Source: Breznakia sp. PF5-3
Lineage (GTDB): Bacteria > Bacillota_I > Bacilli_A > Erysipelotrichales > Erysipelotrichaceae
DNA: 32,000 bases
Assembly: GCF_029504745.1 (NCBI RefSeq)
Contig: NZ_JAQFIQ010000002.1
Coordinates: 81,287 to 113,286 of the forward strand
Direction: 5' to 3'
Part shown: piece after piece, positions 21,101 to 24,369 of the stretch
Layout: each line of letters opens with the position of its first letter
Position numbering within the stretch: position 1 is the first letter of the stretch
Program-made: the position numbers and the translations under genes
Notes under the pieces: model-generated
The model's input: the letters and a program-made list of their open reading frames with translations, nothing else
Told to the model about the DNA's origin: nothing
Databases searched by the model: none

Positions 21101-21520
21101 TATGCAGGTGAAGGTAGTGATATCTTTACAGTGAAAGCATTTATTACATATGATGATAACGGTGATTTGATTCCTTATAGAAATAAGGGAATGGAGTTCC
21201 ATGGAGATAGTAATGACAAAGTAATTATTATTAAGTCTGCACTATTTGATATGATTTCTCATAATGGTGATGAAATTACAGCTCCAGGTATCATGATCAA
21301 ATTATTCGGTATTGATGATGTGGAAGTAGAAGAATTCACAAGGGCAAAAGGTTCAACAGCAGCAATTGCAACATTTGATTTTATTCTATATAATATGGCA
21401 CAATTGCATAGTAGAGGAATTTTAATCCCATTGATTATCGGCATCATCTTACTGTTATTAGCGATAGGATATCTAATCTATCGAAAAAGAAAGAAGAAAT
21501 TAAACTTAGTAACTTCTTAA
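3110..21520 (+). CDS. Giant (6,136 aa) secreted, C-terminally membrane-anchored repeat protein; putative filamentous beta-helical surface adhesin of unknown family
   Basis: A single stop-free 18,411-nt ORF with a strong SD. It has a signal peptide (MKKSGFLKLLICIAGVLIFGLGTSAVSA/DE) and a C-terminal TM helix followed by RKRKKK. Composition is dominated by G/A/V/I/T/S/N, with very few Cys, Trp or Pro. It contains two long degenerate repeat regions and GGxGxD motifs at both ends. No LPXTG motif is present. Confidence 0.9.
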   Translation: MKKSGFLKLLICIAGVLIFGLGTSAVSADEITLSDTPQSDTPVVTVQSDIKKFDVNGTEYTTLNEAVNAVNTASGDVVFKVPAGTHGTLSIDNVAISKLTIEPTSAGAVSFTDISFKNMKTNLNIDLKSITVNGKINLENASGLVFNATTAQFSTVAIHGMENTTLDFSSRVGAVNFILSGSIGGSVINGGNGNDVFTLNEVVATDLVLDGKAGTNKIVSNISGELTFEATNIKSTSGDIAFANISNVEDTASDHSIVTLPDSDNAIAFTSDAGNIKYDLGGVGFVLNGTGKITVLGGSGNDTITLNGIANPNLTQFSVDGGNGNDKISVVSSITLSNADVKLVGEQIEIVGAKGNIFNILAKSLTLEAKNNASSASKVESKVTIRYAKIQVSADIRILSNGSQLVDIDGQGTSVVKNIDTKSSIELESVEFIASNINISSAAISEISGDDTKSRAVNNISNKSHLSIFGDSSFRATNNLMFSSVSKILSAIEVGAGEIPISIAMNSIVSEALLTIDGNTKLNSSSVAMNVDNIIDSKVLADGSRAPSSQSEASASGAFIAIHNIRQITKGDIGENVKIGGINTPIAKDVSLKVNASLKLDTQAKSIGDGYKGSTGTNISLQGVVQEIKDLLKLTPFADIAAILSDDMLTILGSVNASSETALTKQMVGAFAFNNVKMTTSAKYKADSYITGNLNVISNASINTETIADGSAKVDVGEAVIPIGIGVAVALHKVDYENTANVAVSTLRAKDVNVLANESANTNTSKIVAKAGVNRGDFGIGGAFGITIYNITTKATIDSSQIQATGNVNVITNDKHDVSIDADCSSDKAVGAGIAVLIFEDIAMSQILDSVKILSVKDLNVLTNSISNTILDVKSGGNGGLSIAPGVAVNINLNDILSQCLAATVATGDINVKSVSKKTRKTTSASNLVDKGGIGATVSLVINIDKNKALLGGKVSGREVHVHATSHHRSDAYATASPEGESDPDPDAKETSPEDLVNKLRGAVDQLMGNEGDDKLSDKFSADMSTQEGKIQVAGAVIVVYLETKNEAIIENAEITADKVEVLAKEAVAIYNFANANVSDGVQTGAATAVIVLVSDIQNKAQIKSNVTMNVKALSVVACGDTLEKVNELAKDDNDNKTVTNDKNTFANVSLSGAGASKNGIAGAVVLVFVDQAYDASVDGKVTVLKQDGNTPKIEIKADLKERFYSRGFSEAKYVAGGNNNSTNQSKSKGIAPSFVMNYCSTTANAILASNGAIKTATGAKADVLIQTTFDSSIDAEAEAGSGEGKTATDITIDGAVVLNLLSRDISAKILAGGVVNVTGTLSVLQKTTSTTNAKVHAGAEAKATAVGAAVAVTYFKAKYAAIVSGSVSISGKLSVISEAKTIDIVEATGTSKGVSEKDFKDKFKDFDLKKVLKGESFGSGESTKTGDTVAEFTGGKADQNTSSSILGATNVTTMEPDTNGKTNPKKGEQVAIAAAVAVTILQHDVLASMDGIAKAGEIEIKAINDNNFKSYNGSKASSNGTAITLSVAVAILGSKTEAYGNMMESLGDITISASGSINMDETFKNAVTLLAVGMASVGKEGELSLAGSIAFLKYENVLKAMILENAEVKANGKVSVTAIENNKLAAKAWNYAGAGNSNAVAVGTSFAMIFASSTVQAIIAKGAKLELDALYVEAKRKRVNPNELSFNFEYKEGMFDDFDAFDYIDITNFLASNNYYIEVLGASNASKGNLALQGSFGILMFDNITEAKLEAGVEVTAINDITIKADSDVNVKVITGGVANANQVGIGLNTGTIVDESKVTASIGNAVKLTTNTGGVLIDASSRQDYLVVSVAASKATTAGIAGVVNVILSKNKVNAIIGNQATVIAKKDIQVLAKNDSSFKGISLGATKGGKAGVGCTAAVILIENETNASVGENVTLKADGNIIVKATSSEDLAFIITSAAVSDNVAIGLSGAYAQIESSTIASIGDGHDVTALNLNIETASKTVSKSINGGVTAAGTVAVSGTTTSNVIKKKVKSLIGKGRVNTKNNIVVKVDSEEKILAIVVAVGASKSVAVQGSVPVTIIENDILASIDGEVIATDISISAKDKVDADVYAGGIGASSSVAIGAAVNTLYIQGKVIAQIADSANITAANLSIIADSENNILTTLISGAASGTVSVVGVVNTVLMSQQTKAVLGNSVILNIQKDILLKANAVNDFTCYVGALSAAGTVAVGASVNTVKLENIVSTVIGKTVEIIQNTDTNIGNLTLLATGKDSFFGVVAGIAGSGSVAVSASANTILNTSKITTEIGTDSNIKMGGSLYVKAYHDLMMKLYLGTTAVSVYAGVGTSVLVVVSEVAVANNVGDSAILNFTGSKTNTATNGITFVSASDVDIMSVVTSAAGGAAGVSPTSATFVLSGSTKNVIGDNASFTTDKKVSIDANSNTTIAPYIGSAGVGVAGIGASVLVINSSKETSTYIGKSASIKAVEGISISATSKNSFTGLVIGFSGGAVGVAASVNAMIIEDIVNAVSDTGSSLISSNGAVSVLAKSTQNYDLQTYTTSIGGAAVQASNATITFKSVINAALANAEALKDILVHALAEENIGTQIVGGAAGGIAVGGSVAVIISNNTINSYIQDASTLVSNGNITIKADDSLSIDSKTASLNLGSIAVGAGVNVILIQNTIAAYIGNKVNVSAANTLSVLATLNRVVSLKSLAASGGLVSGNGTVSVISLGITNDEVMNNAAKNDVSQANTNVQEALKTLKVQRDNSNSDGNDIIDEANTSLDDIQFDLLGYLINKTENNKDKTSSYIGEGSTIKAKNIVVSASEANEITLHSAAASIGAAGAGASVLVLKHGSYIRSYVGKNTSLSASEDIDVSAKATKQKYTINSVAGSAGVTLALGAAVTYMDIRGVIEAYLNDNVIVENVRNLNVNAIANYVVDTHAIGASLAGAGAVGASVLVINLATTIRATINDKVEIKKANDIKVHANLTNVLNAKAMAGAAGLLGSGQAVVLTITIAPSVSALLKNSVKVLDSSSISLWADADVKIDATITGASMAYGVAGGASVMTITNNAKMTAGVGTSGNITTGTMDVYNCYNTNKDGSVKADRFKVSATSVSGALYASLNGLVVTINDFMSMDTYLGGTIKAGAISVKGIAASMLDVTAKGFSVGLGALNAIVLNVNSKQNVLTRTLTSAQIEATSLSVNSEVYAKLTVKAEGTNGGAFTAGAVVATATLNPSIQTHIGDSNVIKTTGAVDVKTIYNVRNGMIQDGILLTGNNAGGGAITANYVDLTAIHTASIITAVNANSKITAGGDINVLTYAGLQASAIATAKAIGAIGIGDTKTNVNVGGSITTSISTGVELNASTIRIKSYVYGKAISEVIGASFGGLSVGASRATVTLNPVIETVSGLNAKLTATKDIQLVGYYNMKTTQPTAENPANDVEGNLAVIPDLGLGAFAKANGSSGNLTGVIGTQITVNHNTKVRTIIKANGQLVAGNSIFTYAYSAIQNSPTLKTDSGGLVSVGANQVKSTIQVETLVKVENSATLSAQQDIHLISYADISASAETRQSSGGLVNGGALNSAETTITSSTKIELGQTVSVKALANVFMNASTKIVNSAISTGKSVSGVAIGESKAINTITSTTKVIVGKSSTITAGDVLSLIAIESIKATATSLASEGVSILGSSKGATANITINENIGIEVANLVTFSAKELILLSTPIIEVVGNANATNSGIVALGEISSDVTLSLNNKIMFGDNTKLLSTGDLIIQALSDITVKVEGTGGSYGAFPSAVIKNTVNITNAVTSVSFANNNEVVATGTLKVNAETNLVATVKSIIKGSHGFVAHNNNAKAIANVNVNNTINLGVNGVYRGKNIYIFADIKTLNITTYAESKSYTASSKTYIDSLITVNANVTITATNVTLAATHELHLYSLISNFKMSAKTDARIIGVTGSIFANAKANANIKAKIIILGADSVLMGNDINIKASSPVNTNLVSVLNNHTEVDTVVEYVLVAVRKTMQVVREVTKKIVKWLPWPFNKLVKWIVETIVETVEYFVNELVPKVLNSEIDKKEENKYNRENTITLNGKIYYGSSVPIEITIDKDGNISSTTGATAYKDKDGNIHITSFGKIASGSLIITSYAGEVNGNVTVYRNVDISMIKVVNESPYNIYIGGINFNDEDIENPEHVITANINNLEILYVSEGDGKTRVIINSLFGGDIVFESGIELLNGILELSTNADIKTTADANLRFKELKIYKARNVGSADNRFTIYLADEGLEDSYITIDAAENVYLSVSALDFIDLSEEAFPDRKLQIIFKNVSVSGKFDVRTSTAMYIENILLIDFGKTKLVPITEIKEIWEWDPTAGDDGMGAYVFLGAQEIVIGYKIEMESGESITPKTKPAGLEVVFDGKVESGETYFDIKDSDFIFSKNGSLNSTYNTLITKGNLSTQKTSGIDILGKSLILKIDGMIGSEQNVILTAIDTLQAESEKDVYVKNNKLLTVKKLVAEKAYLTAVDLIVEHAQSDVLKLYSDKAITANISVNNLFAQAIENIVITNDKTLTLEGVTTNANIKITVDGNLLGNKTSAYHLKGKELSIHSNKGIGNATTYLKTHLLTDGFINVEAKDNVYIEEITGNLIIKAIDATNKAVHLKAKEGILGLQDGTHIYAKDVYLDATKSIGSATRYLNIKQDAGGKVVANSLENIYLHGVDGLAIESIQTAKDVFLSAKQDIMAVGNGAHIVAVNTDIRSTLGNVGSSSNRMVLNTSGLVKAYAKESVYLTHTGRLTIDKIEAGKVVDLKAVDIFSDTTPAIKANKAILTATNALGSSLERLYMSVSEFTLTAKNAYISNDKDVAAVGESNIQETLDLEVSGSLSGSSGHLLKANKLKVVSDASVGSMEAKMNLSVNVLDVVAKASVYFKNDSTKDLRIEKIHAGDTVDMYTGNVIAGDIHAKFLNGVSTGAMELHTTIDEVALQATKKIALYNNTDVLIHTIQSGERVFIQNAGQVSGKAGVVNIKASELEMVVSQGIGNNLGYVTLNVSGNIKVTADKSIYLHETKGNMNIDLVKTKETAYLKAEKSILNASTQNNIEAQKAVLEAGGSIGLKNKLLKVDLSGSLYADGNGVFVEETSGDLIIDQVNAHNKDVILSTNASLFGESNKTHIIGNNIELRTKGSIGTSKNALQVKQSATGILNATAKNNIYLYGTDTLGLGALTSDENIYLSAYQDIENRSDCAYNLKAKSVTLESIKGDIGSKDKKVILKVPKEIYAKAYGGVYLSHYGSDMNIGKIEAGTNVVIDAQENIFGSSSPSIIADAAVINAKKVIGSRSERFVLDVNKLTVNAAKTYLTNLKSLHMCGDSNVESVFDLYVKGNLTSAKNANVSADTLIVKASGNIGNSSQGLNTSVSKLYANAKDNIYIVNASDKDLHVKDITSSNIVNIISGNIVVDNVKTDALSLTSSKNATVNAIVNKLNMKVSGNATFTNAKDLLVEKVSVGKNITLHVNGNILANKNTLLDAVNMTIRADKNIGSANAWLKLKSKGGVLNIKASEYMYVEDLASMRIGSMTASNAIHLKATGSITGGGIQTNTLHLQAGQIGQGIQSKLSTNVKTLYANASGNIYLKNAGSLNIKNMVSKGNIYLEATSILGDMISANYLEAIVSGTLQFTSSVNRMKLQASTIQVRNTRSVILDDIRAQSVTINNVGNVTSNGRIYAETIGFNIQGNGNLKIAGSKISGSASGNLKIHNNKSMSITTATKLQAGGNLEIEANGKIHVAANASLRGNSIKLVSSLSEGLEILGKLYAKTTALYGGLNNKYIIDQDAGDVSIYSRVSNSYHAITLLSLANKFVFNGSSGKDTVQVDMKNFNATSSKQFIFDGAGGDDVLTLDLKATGTNNHYTIKNINRLELNGQTSDDTYEIDRGGFAYDQGNGKDTYDVSNIGSVKFNAQGGNNVFKLIDTFAKTEILGGNGNNTFYIGVIVNDSTNATKTTEGYLSRGTSHDTTIRDGSGNSTYRIYSTKGSLVIYAGEGSDIFTVKAFITYDDNGDLIPYRNKGMEFHGDSNDKVIIIKSALFDMISHNGDEITAPGIMIKLFGIDDVEVEEFTRAKGSTAAIATFDFILYNMAQLHSRGILIPLIIGIILLLLAIGYLIYRKRKKKLNLVTS
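4780..15050 (+). repeat. Coding array of degenerate ~54-58-aa (about 165-175 nt) repeats, roughly 50-60 units by eye
   Basis: The recurring unit is x-A-x-[IV]-G-x-x-[AV]-x-[IV] ... [IL]-x-[IV]-x-A ... G-x-G-x-[AV]-[AV]-[GS]-[AV]-S-V-x-V. Examples are AGVGVAGIGASVLVIN (10409-10456), IGAAGAGASVLVLK (11570-11611) and LAGAGAVGASVLVINL (11894-11938). The repeats are conserved at protein level only. I saw no long identical DNA repeats. Boundaries are approximate. Confidence 0.6.
16928..19690 (+). repeat. Two colinear super-repeat units (495 aa and 426 aa) built of ~75-80-aa sub-repeats; a partial third unit follows
   Basis: Unit A starts YIEEITGNLIIKAIDATNKAVHLKAKEG (16928). Unit B starts FVEETSGDLIIDQVNAHNKDVILSTNAS (18413), exactly 1,485 nt later. 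A third unit starts YVEDLASMRIGSMTASNAIHLKATGS (19691). A and B align without gaps for over 300 residues at roughly one-third identity by eye, for example KSIGSATRYLNIKQDAGGKVVANSLENIYLHG against GSIGTSKNALQVKQSATGILNATAKNNIYLYG. Confidence 0.65.
21419..21499 (+). other. C-terminal transmembrane anchor plus basic stop-transfer tail of the giant protein
   Basis: ILIPLIIGIILLLLAIGYLIY (21419-21481) is followed by RKRKKK (21482-21499), 6 more residues and the stop. No LPXTG-like sortase motif precedes it. Confidence 0.75.
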
Positions 21521-21524
21521 TAAC

Positions 21525-21559
21525 AAAAACCCCTGATTTATGAATCAGGGGTTTGTTTT
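21525..21559. terminator. Bidirectional rho-independent terminator between the giant gene and the convergent M42 peptidase gene
   Basis: A 9-bp GC-rich stem, CCCCTGATT (21530-21538) with AATCAGGGG (21543-21551), has loop TATG. It is flanked by AAAAA (21525-21529) and TTTGTTTT (21552-21559). The right arm encodes the last codons of the minus-strand gene. Confidence 0.7.
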
Positions 21560-22584
21560 GTGATATAAGATAATACTAATTTCATGGTATTTTCTACGGC
21601 TTGATAATGGGTTCGTTCCATCCCATGGCTGGCATGAACACCAGGACCAATCAATGCTCCTTTGATATTGTTGCCTCCACGCAAGGCAGCACTTACATCA
21701 CTGCCATAGAAGGGATAGATATCGACTGCATAGTTTAACTTGTTCTGTTTTGCTAAAGCAATTAAATCGTTTGTCATATCATAATCGTATGGACCAGAAG
21801 AATCCTTTGCACAAATGGATACATCATACTCTGTACATGCTAGATCTAATCCAATACACCCCATATCAACTGCTAGAAGAGCATTGATATCTTCTGGAAT
21901 ATAAGAAGATCCATGACCAACTTCTTCATAAGTAGAGAAGATGAAAGTTACATTATAAGGTAAAGTAATAGCATCCGTTTTGATTTTTTCTAAAATACCT
22001 AGTAGTAGTGATACACTGATTTTATCATCAAGGAATCTTGATTTGATAAAATCACTTTTGGTGATCTCTACTTTTGGTTCAATGGCGATATAATCACCAT
22101 TTTGAATTCCAAGAGCTTCTACGTCTTCTTTGGTTTTAACGACTTCATCGATTCTTACTAACATATTGTCAATCTTACGCTCTTGTGTAGAAGCGTCAGG
22201 ATAGACGTGTGCAGCTGGTGTATTGGCTAAAATAGTTCCAGTATAGATTTTATTGTCTCTTGTATAAATCTTGCAATACTCTGCGTCTAATGTTGGTATA
22301 ATAGGCCCACCAAGATTAGTAAGTGCTAATGTTCCATCACTTTGAATAGATCGTACCATAAGTCCCAAGGTATCTACATGTGCACAGATACCAAGTATAT
22401 AAGATGTATCCTTACCGGTTAATGAAACCATTAAGTTTCCTTTTTCACTTTTCTTGTAAGAAAAACCAAATTCTTTGATTTGCGTTTCTAGATACGCGAT
22501 TGCTTCTTTTGTATATCCAGTTGGCGAATCAATGGATAATAGTGTTTTTGCTGTATTCAATACATAGTCTTTATTAAAGTTCAT
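21538..22584 (-). CDS. M42-family metallo-aminopeptidase (PepA/FrvX/YsdC-like)
   Basis: 348-aa ORF with M42-like blocks: HVDTLGLMV (His/Asp metal ligands), FLDDKISVSLLL, FSTYEEVGHGSS (the EE motif) and GPGVHASHGMERTH. The SD is AAGAGG, and the gene starts 9 nt downstream of pyrR, so it is probably co-transcribed. Confidence 0.8.
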   Translation of the reverse strand: MNFNKDYVLNTAKTLLSIDSPTGYTKEAIAYLETQIKEFGFSYKKSEKGNLMVSLTGKDTSYILGICAHVDTLGLMVRSIQSDGTLALTNLGGPIIPTLDAEYCKIYTRDNKIYTGTILANTPAAHVYPDASTQERKIDNMLVRIDEVVKTKEDVEALGIQNGDYIAIEPKVEITKSDFIKSRFLDDKISVSLLLGILEKIKTDAITLPYNVTFIFSTYEEVGHGSSYIPEDINALLAVDMGCIGLDLACTEYDVSICAKDSSGPYDYDMTNDLIALAKQNKLNYAVDIYPFYGSDVSAALRGGNNIKGALIGPGVHASHGMERTHYQAVENTMKLVLSYITKQTPDS

Positions 22585-22593
22585 AACTACCTC

Positions 22594-23106
22594 TTATTTC
22601 ATAATGTAGACGCCATCTTCATCGTCAATTTCTTTTACTTTTACTTTGATATTTTCATCTAATGAGCTAGGGATGTTTTTACCTACATAATCAGCACGTA
22701 TTGGAAGTTCACGATGCCCTCGATCAACGAGTACAGCAAGTTGAATTTCTTTTGCTCTTCCAAAATACATGATTGCATCCATAGCAGCACGTACTGTTCT
22801 ACCTTTAAAAAGGACATCATCTACAAGGATGACTTTCTTATCTTTAATATCTAAATCAAGTTTTGGTAAATTGGTATTTTTATCTAAGTCATCACGCCAT
22901 GCATAAATATTTAAAGCAATGCATTCAACATCTTTTCCTTCTACCTTTTTGATGTTCTCTTTGATTCGTTCTGCTAAATAAATACCCCTTGTTTCAATAC
23001 CAACTAACAAGAGTTTTTCAACACCTTTATTGTGTTCAAGAATTTCATGAGTAATGCGAATTAAAGACCTTCGCATTCCGTTTTCATCGATTATTTGTTT
23101 TGTCAT
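22594..23106 (-). CDS. pyrR: PyrR, bifunctional pyrimidine operon attenuation regulator / uracil phosphoribosyltransferase
   Basis: [28 protein letters not shown]...[12 protein letters not shown]...[20 protein letters not shown]...[22 protein letters not shown] is colinear with Bacillus PyrR, including the PRPP-binding VILVDDVL-x-GRT motif. I chose ATG 23106 by alignment to the PyrR N-terminus. The ORF track start at 23154 adds 16 hydrophobic residues not expected in PyrR. Neither start has an obvious SD. Confidence 0.88.
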   Translation of the reverse strand: MTKQIIDENGMRRSLIRITHEILEHNKGVEKLLLVGIETRGIYLAERIKENIKKVEGKDVECIALNIYAWRDDLDKNTNLPKLDLDIKDKKVILVDDVLFKGRTVRAAMDAIMYFGRAKEIQLAVLVDRGHRELPIRADYVGKNIPSSLDENIKVKVKEIDDEDGVYIMK

Positions 23107-23108
23107 AA

Positions 23109-23138
23109 TATTAGTATAAAAGGTATTAGATAAAAAGG
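23109..23138. repeat. Tandem 15-nt direct repeat abutting the pyrR start codon
   Basis: TATTAGTATAAAAGG (23109-23123) is followed directly by TATTAGATAAAAAGG (23124-23138). On the pyrR strand this reads CCTTTTTATCTAATA-CCTTTTATACTAATA-TT-ATG. Confidence 0.5.
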
Positions 23139-23179
23139 CAAATAAGCAAGTCATATTTTATAAGGATTTAAAAAAGCTG

Positions 23180-23188
23180 TGCTATAAT
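23180..23188 (+). promoter_or_regulatory. Extended -10 promoter element upstream of pflA
   Basis: TGcTATAAT: TG at 23180-23181 and TATAAT at 23183-23188. No good -35 is present at 17-nt spacing. The GAGGTGG SD follows at about 23197-23203. Confidence 0.45.
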
Positions 23189-23208
23189 ATGAAAAAGAGG
23201 TGGTAGAT

Positions 23209-23931
23209 TTGGCACGTATTCATTCTTTTGAAAGCTTTGGAACGGTAGATGGACCAGGAGTCCGTTTTGTTGTTTTTATGCAAGGTTGTCCACTTCGTTG
23301 TTTGTATTGCCATAACCCTGATACTTGGGAAGTAAACAGGGGAAAAGAGTATGGTGTGGATGAAGTATTTGAGCAGATAATGAAATATTACAACTATATA
23401 AAAGATGGTGGTGTCACACTAAGTGGTGGAGAACCTCTTTTGCAGATTGATTTTGCAATTGAATTGTTTAAGAAGTTAAAAAAAGAAGGATTACATACTT
23501 GTATTGATACCTCTGGAATTACATTTCAAGAAAACAATGATAAAGAACTTCAAAAGTTTGAAGAACTATTGAAATATACAGATTTATTTTTGTTGGATAT
23601 CAAACAGATGAATCCTAAAAAACATAAGCTTTTAACAGGGGCTGAAAATAAGCATACATTGGCTTTTGCTAGCTTTCTAGATAAGCATCATAAGTCATTA
23701 TGGATTCGTTATGTACTTGTCCCTGGATACAGTGATGATAAACAAGATCTTTATGCATTGCGATCATTTTTAGATACCTTGCATAATGTAGAAAAGATAG
23801 AAATACTTCCTTATCATACTTTGGGAGTATCGAAATATGAGAACATGCAAATGGAATATCCTTTAAAAGGTGTTTTAACACCTTCAAAGGATAGTGTAGA
23901 TGAAGTGAAAAAAATTTTAGGAGTGAAGTAA
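23209..23931 (+). CDS. pflA: Pyruvate formate-lyase activating enzyme (radical SAM glycyl-radical activase)
   Basis: IHSFESFGTVDGPGVRFVVFMQGCPLRCLYCHNPDTW contains the CxxxCxxC cluster motif, and GGVTLSGGEPLLQ is also present. Length and colinearity fit PflA. The start is ambiguous. TTG 23209 has GAGGTGG at good spacing, whereas the GTG 23200 in the ORF track overlaps that SD. Confidence 0.9.
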   Translation: MARIHSFESFGTVDGPGVRFVVFMQGCPLRCLYCHNPDTWEVNRGKEYGVDEVFEQIMKYYNYIKDGGVTLSGGEPLLQIDFAIELFKKLKKEGLHTCIDTSGITFQENNDKELQKFEELLKYTDLFLLDIKQMNPKKHKLLTGAENKHTLAFASFLDKHHKSLWIRYVLVPGYSDDKQDLYALRSFLDTLHNVEKIEILPYHTLGVSKYENMQMEYPLKGVLTPSKDSVDEVKKILGVK

Positions 23932-24270
23932 ATGTTGAAAAATGAAAATTTTAAAGAAGTACTAGAAAACGAAGAATTTTGTTTGGTACTTGTAAGTGGT
24001 GATGGTTGTGCAAACTGCACCACCATGACACCAATTGTGAATCAGATGCGAGATAAGTTTGATGAGCTAAGTGTGTATGTTGTGGATATTAACCAAAGCA
24101 ATCATAAGATAACAGAATTTTATGAAATTGAGGTCGTTCCAACGATTTTGTTACTCCATCGAGGGCATGTGATTTCGAAAGTTACAGGGTATCAACCAGA
24201 GGAGATTTTGGAAATATATATCGATTGTAAAATCGGGGAATATAAGCAAAGAAAAGTATATGCCAATTAA
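23932..24270 (+). CDS. Thioredoxin-fold protein with a CANC (CxxC) motif
   Basis: 112 aa. LVLVSGDGCANCTTMTPIV...VDINQ...EFYEIEVVPTILLLHRGHVISKVTGYQPEE matches the thioredoxin pattern (CxxC after beta1 and a cis-Pro VP-T before beta3). ATG follows directly after the pflA TAA, and TAGGAG lies 8 nt upstream. Confidence 0.7.
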   Translation: MLKNENFKEVLENEEFCLVLVSGDGCANCTTMTPIVNQMRDKFDELSVYVVDINQSNHKITEFYEIEVVPTILLLHRGHVISKVTGYQPEEILEIYIDCKIGEYKQRKVYAN

Positions 24271-24298
24271 TGACAATGAGGGGCTTATGTGTTATAAT
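24270..24298 (+). promoter_or_regulatory. Sigma-A-type promoter of pflB
   Basis: The -35 is aTGACA (24270-24275). After a 17-nt spacer comes an extended -10, TGtTATAAT (24290-24298). Confidence 0.55.
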
Positions 24299-24369
24299 CT
24301 TCACGTGAGTCAATAGGTTTTGTAAGAGTCATACAAACATTAAATTATAGAAGAAAAGAGGTAACATTA

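Noticed and set aside
3070-21447. Many long minus-strand ORFs inside the giant gene, for example 3070-3702 (210 aa), 13720-14235 (171 aa), 14824-15294 (156 aa), 10015-10455, 5515-5952, 8974-9405 and 18874-19281
   Set aside because: They lie entirely antisense to a 6,136-aa ORF that has a strong SD, a signal peptide and coherent repeats. Their translations are low-complexity (rich in F, L, S, T, I, P) and have no start context. The sense strand is dominated by GNN/ANN codons (GCA, GTA, GGT, ACA, AAT, ATT), which depletes TTA, CTA and TCA and so removes stop codons from the antisense frames. This is a compositional artefact.
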